Shown here piece after piece: positions 63,649 to 64,000 of a stretch of 64,000 nucleotides of DNA. Location of the stretch: positions 8,343 to 72,342 of the IMG/VR virus record IMGVR_UViG_3300036790_000178, one strand, 5' to 3'. A program made the position numbers and the translations under genes. Numbering within the stretch: the stretch's first letter is position 1; every line of letters begins with the position of its first letter. Source of the DNA: a virus. The notes beneath the pieces are model-generated. The model was not told the origin of the DNA. It worked only from the letters and a program-made list of their open reading frames with translations, and made no database searches.

Positions 63649-63654
63649 GCGTTT

Positions 63655-63681
63655 TTCTGGACAACCGCGAGAATTCTGGAC
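63655..63681 (+). repeat. TTCTGGAC direct repeat, two copies; candidate integrase arm-type sites
   Basis: Copies at 63655-63662 and 63674-63681, between the int stop and the tRNA 3' end. Confidence 0.45.
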
Positions 63682-63702
63682 GCTCGATATGCGGTTTAGA
63701 TG

Positions 63703-63775
<73 letters not shown>

Positions 63776-63789
63776 ACGGGAGGTCGGCG

Positions 63790-63818
63790 AAGGTACGTAA
63801 CCCCCGCCGGACTGTCAA
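63790..63818 (-). promoter_or_regulatory. Sigma70 promoter for the tRNA
   Basis: TTGACA (63818-63813), 17 bp, TACCTT (63795-63790). Confidence 0.7.
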
Positions 63819-64000
63819 GGAGAAGCGGGGGTCAGTACCTTGTCGATGCGAGCCAGCGCACGCTCCCGGCCCAGTAGCGCGAGCGTCGCGTCGATCGGCG
63901 GTGAGACCGCCGTACCGGTCACGGCCACCCGCACCGGCTGCGCGATCTTTCCGAGTCCCGTCCCGAGAGCTGCGGCGAGGTCATTGAGCGTGCCGCGAAT
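63815..64000 (-). CDS. gltX: Glutamyl-tRNA synthetase, C-terminal fragment (host)
   Basis: Manual translation [39 protein letters not shown]; gltX followed by tRNA-Ala(GGC) is a familiar proteobacterial arrangement. Confidence 0.85.
   Translation of the reverse strand: MRGTLNDLAAALGTGLGKIAQPVRVAVTGTAVSPPIDATLALLGRERALARIDKVLTPASP

Larger units (their letters stand above)
1..63702. mobile_element. Integrated temperate prophage (contractile-tailed); left end outside window
   Basis: Integrase and xis abut the tRNA 3' end. Immunity, replication, packaging, head, tail, baseplate and lysis modules are in lambdoid order. Confidence 0.95.

Overview
The window holds most of a GC-rich temperate myovirus-type prophage. 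It is integrated at the 3' end of tRNA-Ala(GGC) (63703..63775, - strand), just downstream of host gltX. The left end of the prophage lies beyond position 1. The + strand arm (44.9-63.6 kb) carries the repressor, a YqaJ/annealing/SMC-like recombination module, a DEDDh exonuclease, an SNF2-methylase fusion, DUF5131, a HerA-like ATPase, xis and int. The - strand arm (44.9 kb down to 1) carries cro/cII, replication, RusA, terminase, portal, head, contractile tail, baseplate and fibre genes, an expanded lysis cassette, and a terminal block of fibre-like genes. Two observations stand out. (1) The terminal fibre/beta-helix genes (1..6599) all begin with Sec or Tat signal peptides, and all 24 Cys of the 1520-aa fibre fall in neighbouring pairs. 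This suggests appendages that fold in the periplasm, which is unexpected for cytoplasm-assembled virions. (2) Two unrelated HNH genes have each inserted about 10 codons into a target gene (RusA, DUF5131). Each left an orphan N-terminal stub and supplied a recoded replacement start that preserves the translational coupling. Smaller signals include a free copy of the baseplate Ig-like repeat with a twin-Arg leader, a probable ATC start codon, a T8 -1 frameshift candidate and a 260-nt structured intergenic region. All family calls come from motif recognition by eye; no searches were run.
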